Of a DNA stretch of 64,000 nt, positions 60,889 through 64,000 are shown in pieces. Numbering within the stretch: the stretch's first letter is position 1; each line of letters begins with the position of its first letter. The stretch is taken from NCBI GenBank assembly GCA_963675665.1, contig OY776510.1, positions 1,248,001 to 1,312,000 on the forward strand, given 5' to 3'. A program made the translations under genes and the position numbers. This DNA comes from Spirochaetia bacterium. GTDB taxonomy: Bacteria; Spirochaetota; Spirochaetia; UBA9216. Below the pieces are notes generated by a model. That model saw nothing but the letters and a program-made list of their open reading frames with translations. It searched no databases and was not told the DNA's origin.

Positions 60889-61821
60889 ATGGAAGGCCGC
60901 AAGCCTGCAATACTGGTGCCGTTCACTCCTGTGGATAATAATTCATGCTATCGGGATATTTTTGTATACCTGCGGCCCGAGTCGAACGGAATTGAAGTTG
61001 AAAGCATCATAATGGGCGCTCTGCATGAAGACTCAGACTATGGTAAAAATATTCTTCTGGCTTATATGGCTAACATTCCAGGAGACTTTATATCGGCGAA
61101 AGGCCTTATTGAGCATCATTACCGCATAAGGCTGCTGTTTGCCTTGAAAGGAAAGAAGCTTTTCACCAGGCATATGCAAAAGGTTTTCAAGGCATATTTC
61201 AGGTGTTCTTTCGAGAAGGCTGATATAATAGGTCCTTACGAAGCCATGAAGCGTCTTGGTATTGATGAAGAAACTCTATTCAAGACCTGGGTAAACCCCG
61301 CTAATATGATGAATGTAAACGGGCAGTCGATTAAAAAGATAAAAAATTTCTATGTTCTTAATTATGATATTCCCGCGCTGCTGAATAAAAATAATATTAA
61401 TACTGATATTGCGGTCATGATTTTTCGTATTAAAAGAGATCGCGAAGATGTTCACTTGATTGTTGACGCAATTGTGAACAGGCTGAAGAAAAAGGGGATA
61501 ATAAGTATTTTGAGTCCTACGAGCCGTATATTTCATTATTCAAAAGGGCCGTTTGAAGAGCTTCTCGACAGTTCCGGTTTTTTATATGACTACAAACTGA
61601 AAAATGTTCCGCTGGAACAGACTACATTCGGCCGTTTTCTCATAGAACACGGGATAGAGCCGGACCAAATCCACGGAGCAATTTATCATCCCATTATGTA
61701 CTTTAAAGAGTCGGAACACAGGTTTGTTGAGAACGATATCTTTACATATACAAAGGATGTTTCTTATGAAGAAGCTCTCAGACGTTATAAGACTGCTTTT
61801 CTGCAACGATTCATTCGATAA
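60889..61821 (+). CDS. Hypothetical protein, possibly a divergent NDK-like fold
   Basis: FVYLRPE near the N-terminus, LIEHHY, IFHYSKGPFE. Confidence 0.55.
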   Translation: MEGRKPAILVPFTPVDNNSCYRDIFVYLRPESNGIEVESIIMGALHEDSDYGKNILLAYMANIPGDFISAKGLIEHHYRIRLLFALKGKKLFTRHMQKVFKAYFRCSFEKADIIGPYEAMKRLGIDEETLFKTWVNPANMMNVNGQSIKKIKNFYVLNYDIPALLNKNNINTDIAVMIFRIKRDREDVHLIVDAIVNRLKKKGIISILSPTSRIFHYSKGPFEELLDSSGFLYDYKLKNVPLEQTTFGRFLIEHGIEPDQIHGAIYHPIMYFKESEHRFVENDIFTYTKDVSYEEALRRYKTAFLQRFIR

Positions 61822-61968
61822 AAAGAAGCTCTCCGATATAACACACCGGAGAGCTGAAAAAATATTGGAGGTTGAAGGAGGATTATAAAAAGAAAACAGC
61901 TTGTTTTCTTTTTATAATACAGAGTTTCCGTTTTTTCCGGAAACTCCGAAAGTTTCGGCTCAAAGCTG

Positions 61969-62421
61969 TTACTTGACTTTGATGCTAATCTTTTTGGGCT
62001 CGGCTTTAGGTGCCTTGGGTATTACAAGTTCAAGCAGGCCGTTCTCAAAAGATGCCTCTATTTTTTCCTTGTTCACCTCTTTGGGCAGAACAAAGGTTCT
62101 TGTAAAGCTTCTTCCGCTTCTTTCATGCATGATGTAGCGCACGGATTCCTTTTCTTTCTTGTTGTCATTTTCAGCTTCCTTAACCTCGGATGCCGAAATT
62201 GTAAGAAGATTATTATCTACCTTGATTTCTACATCATCTTTGCCGTATCCGGGAAGTTCAACACTGAGCCCGAAATGATTTTCTTTTTCTACAACGTCCA
62301 CTGCCGGGTATCTTGCCGACTTAACTGATGCTGAAGTTCCGCCAAGCATCGATTCCATCATTCTGTCCATCTCGTCGAATACGCTTACCCTTCTCGGTCT
62401 GTAGGTTGCTAATGTTGTCAT
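61969..62421 (-). CDS. Hsp20/alpha-crystallin small heat-shock protein
   Basis: PAVDV, ELPG, ER..SFTRTFVLP, ASFENGLL. Confidence 0.94.
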   Translation of the reverse strand: MTTLATYRPRRVSVFDEMDRMMESMLGGTSASVKSARYPAVDVVEKENHFGLSVELPGYGKDDVEIKVDNNLLTISASEVKEAENDNKKEKESVRYIMHERSGRSFTRTFVLPKEVNKEKIEASFENGLLELVIPKAPKAEPKKISIKVK

Positions 62422-62573
62422 ATCATTACTCCTTATAACCTTCCGCCATGGAAGGTGGTTTGTGAGGTGAAGTTTTCAAACAAAGTTTGAAAACTTCCAA
62501 ATAATAAAAAGTCATGGAGGACTTTTTATTATTACTCCTGTATAAAGTTAATTTTCTTTTACGCTTATATATA

Positions 62574-62589
62574 AGCAGTAAGCGTGCCA
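62574..62589 (-). promoter_or_regulatory. Sigma54 promoter of Hsp20
   Basis: TGGCAC-GCTTA-CTGCT on the minus strand. Confidence 0.72.
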
Positions 62590-62720
62590 AAAAAATGTAA
62601 AATTATAAAAATAATATAAAGATCAATTAATTCGTTATATAGTATGTAGTTAATAACTAATATGTATATTTAATGTTCAATTGTTGAACTGTATATGTTC
62701 ATCTGTCTAAGAGTATATGT

Positions 62721-62771
62721 ATCATAATGACCATGTGCTGGTTTATTTGTACTTGTGTGGGTCATAATGAC
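62721..62771. promoter_or_regulatory. Paired palindromes (candidate enhancer for the Hsp20 sigma54 promoter)
   Basis: ATCATAATGAC (62721-62731) and GTCATAATGAC (62761-62771). Confidence 0.55.
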
Positions 62772-62824
62772 ACTGCAGTGAAAATTAACTTGAAAAAAAG
62801 GGTCAAAGGAGTGAGAATGTTTAG

Positions 62825-64000
62825 ATGAACAAGAAGATCGGAAGAATCCTTGCTATTAATTTTCTACCTTCGCTTGTCTATCTCGGGTTGCTAAGCTCGT
62901 ATATTGTTTTTATTTTTTTTCCGGAACTCGAAAATAATGCGGCAACGGGCGGAGTTATGCCTTCGCTGTCGGTTCCTTTCCTTCCGTATACGCTTGGACT
63001 GACAGCTGCAGCCGTTATTTTTATTATTACCGCAGTTCGTACAGCCGGGATAGAAATAAGCCGTGAAAAAATGAAGAAATCATTTGAATTGATAGATAAG
63101 GAATATCAGAACTGGGTTGAAACAACTGCCGACGGTTTTATTTATATAAGTAATGATGGAAATGTCAGCACCGACAATATTGTAGCTGAAATGCTCGGCT
63201 ATACAGTTGAAGAACTGAAAAGCCTTAAACCTTCAATGATTATCAACAGGGACACTGACGGAGTTGAATTACTTGAAAATCTTGAAAGAGATGATGACGA
63301 GATAACAGGCCGCTATGAAACAAGGCTGGTTCACAGAAACGGCAGCTTTCTCGAGGTTGTAATATCTGCATCAAGGATAAATTCCGGAGAATTCAGGGGT
63401 TTTATTCTTCTAATCAAGGATATGAGTGATAATGTCAGAACCCACTCGGTCAGGATAGACATTCAGCGAGAATATGCGGTTGTAGAGCTGCAATCGGCTC
63501 TGCAGTATATTTATCAGAACGCCGGCAGTATGATGGTGGAGCCTCTTCTTGTTAATGAAAAAACAGAAATTATAAATGCAGTCGAAAAAATGAATAACAG
63601 ACACGTCAACACTTTTATTGTTATAGACGAAAACGGGTTTGCGCGGGGGATAGTAACCGATCAGGATTTAAGACAGAGAGTATTATCCGGTACAAGCGGT
63701 ATTCATAGTCCGGTAAATCAGATAATGAGCAGCCCGGTCGTAACCGCAGCTGCCGACATTATGTTTTTTGAAGCTTTCAGGCTTATGCGTGATAACTCGA
63801 TCAGGCAGCTGTTAATAACGGATGATGATGCACGACCTGTAGGCCTTTTAACTGAAAAAAAGCTGATTGAGGTTCAGAGCACGAACGCGGCTGCCTTTAT
63901 GGAAGAATTGATGAAAGCCGGAACCCTGGAAGAGCTTCGCGACTGTTATATCCGGCTCGTCTTTTCCGTTAGAACACTTGTTCTGTCCGGATCAAAAGCC
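62825..64000 (+). CDS. TM-PAS-CBS domain protein, partial (likely DUF294-type nucleotidyltransferase further on)
   Basis: Hand translation: two TM helices, PAS (EMLGYTVEEL), CBS pair (GIVTDQDLRQRV, IMSSPVVT); open to the window edge. The DUF294 call is inference. Confidence 0.75.
   Translation, partial: MNKKIGRILAINFLPSLVYLGLLSSYIVFIFFPELENNAATGGVMPSLSVPFLPYTLGLTAAAVIFIITAVRTAGIEISREKMKKSFELIDKEYQNWVETTADGFIYISNDGNVSTDNIVAEMLGYTVEELKSLKPSMIINRDTDGVELLENLERDDDEITGRYETRLVHRNGSFLEVVISASRINSGEFRGFILLIKDMSDNVRTHSVRIDIQREYAVVELQSALQYIYQNAGSMMVEPLLVNEKTEIINAVEKMNNRHVNTFIVIDENGFARGIVTDQDLRQRVLSGTSGIHSPVNQIMSSPVVTAAADIMFFEAFRLMRDNSIRQLLITDDDARPVGLLTEKKLIEVQSTNAAAFMEELMKAGTLEELRDCYIRLVFSVRTLVLSGSKA

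Noticed and set aside
1-64000. tRNA, rRNA, CRISPR arrays, prophage or defence genes
   Set aside because: None recognised by eye; a covariance-model scan would be needed to exclude small RNAs.

Overview
Bacterial chromosomal window, probably from an anaerobic spirochaete; this is inferred only from gene content and 'FAGGxxE/FSNGxxE'-style exported-protein N-termini. From left to right it contains: a two-component locus with two paralogous secreted proteins; an Rrf2 regulator and TauE transporter; a selenocysteine peroxiredoxin (in-frame TGA plus SECIS hairpin); FMN/4Fe-4S genes, a GGDEF protein and a ribokinase; a nitrogen-assimilation island (gltDB, nrpR, NifA-like sigma54 activator, amtB-glnK, GSIII); a DeoR-linked sugar catabolic cluster with two ABC systems; a GntR-linked orphan catabolic operon (C45 hydrolase, TPP E1a/E1b, HAAT ABC, E2, E3, VOC, split transketolase); a LacI alpha-glucoside locus; Hsp20; and a partial TM-PAS-CBS gene. 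The standout is two apparently identical 1382-bp IS110-family elements, both inserted into the Shine-Dalgarno sequence (TTTAGGAG-A-N5-ATG) of genes in the same operon. Their ~200-nt 5' non-coding end folds into a bridge-RNA-like structure with two repeated loop modules. One module carries the target sequence (TTTAGGAGA, plus CATTTTT complementary to the start-codon side). The other carries the element's own circle-junction sequence (ATAGGAG / CATTC). This suggests an RNA-guided recombinase programmed against ribosome-binding sites that rebuilds the RBS on insertion. All structures were read by eye; no folding, alignment or database search was run.
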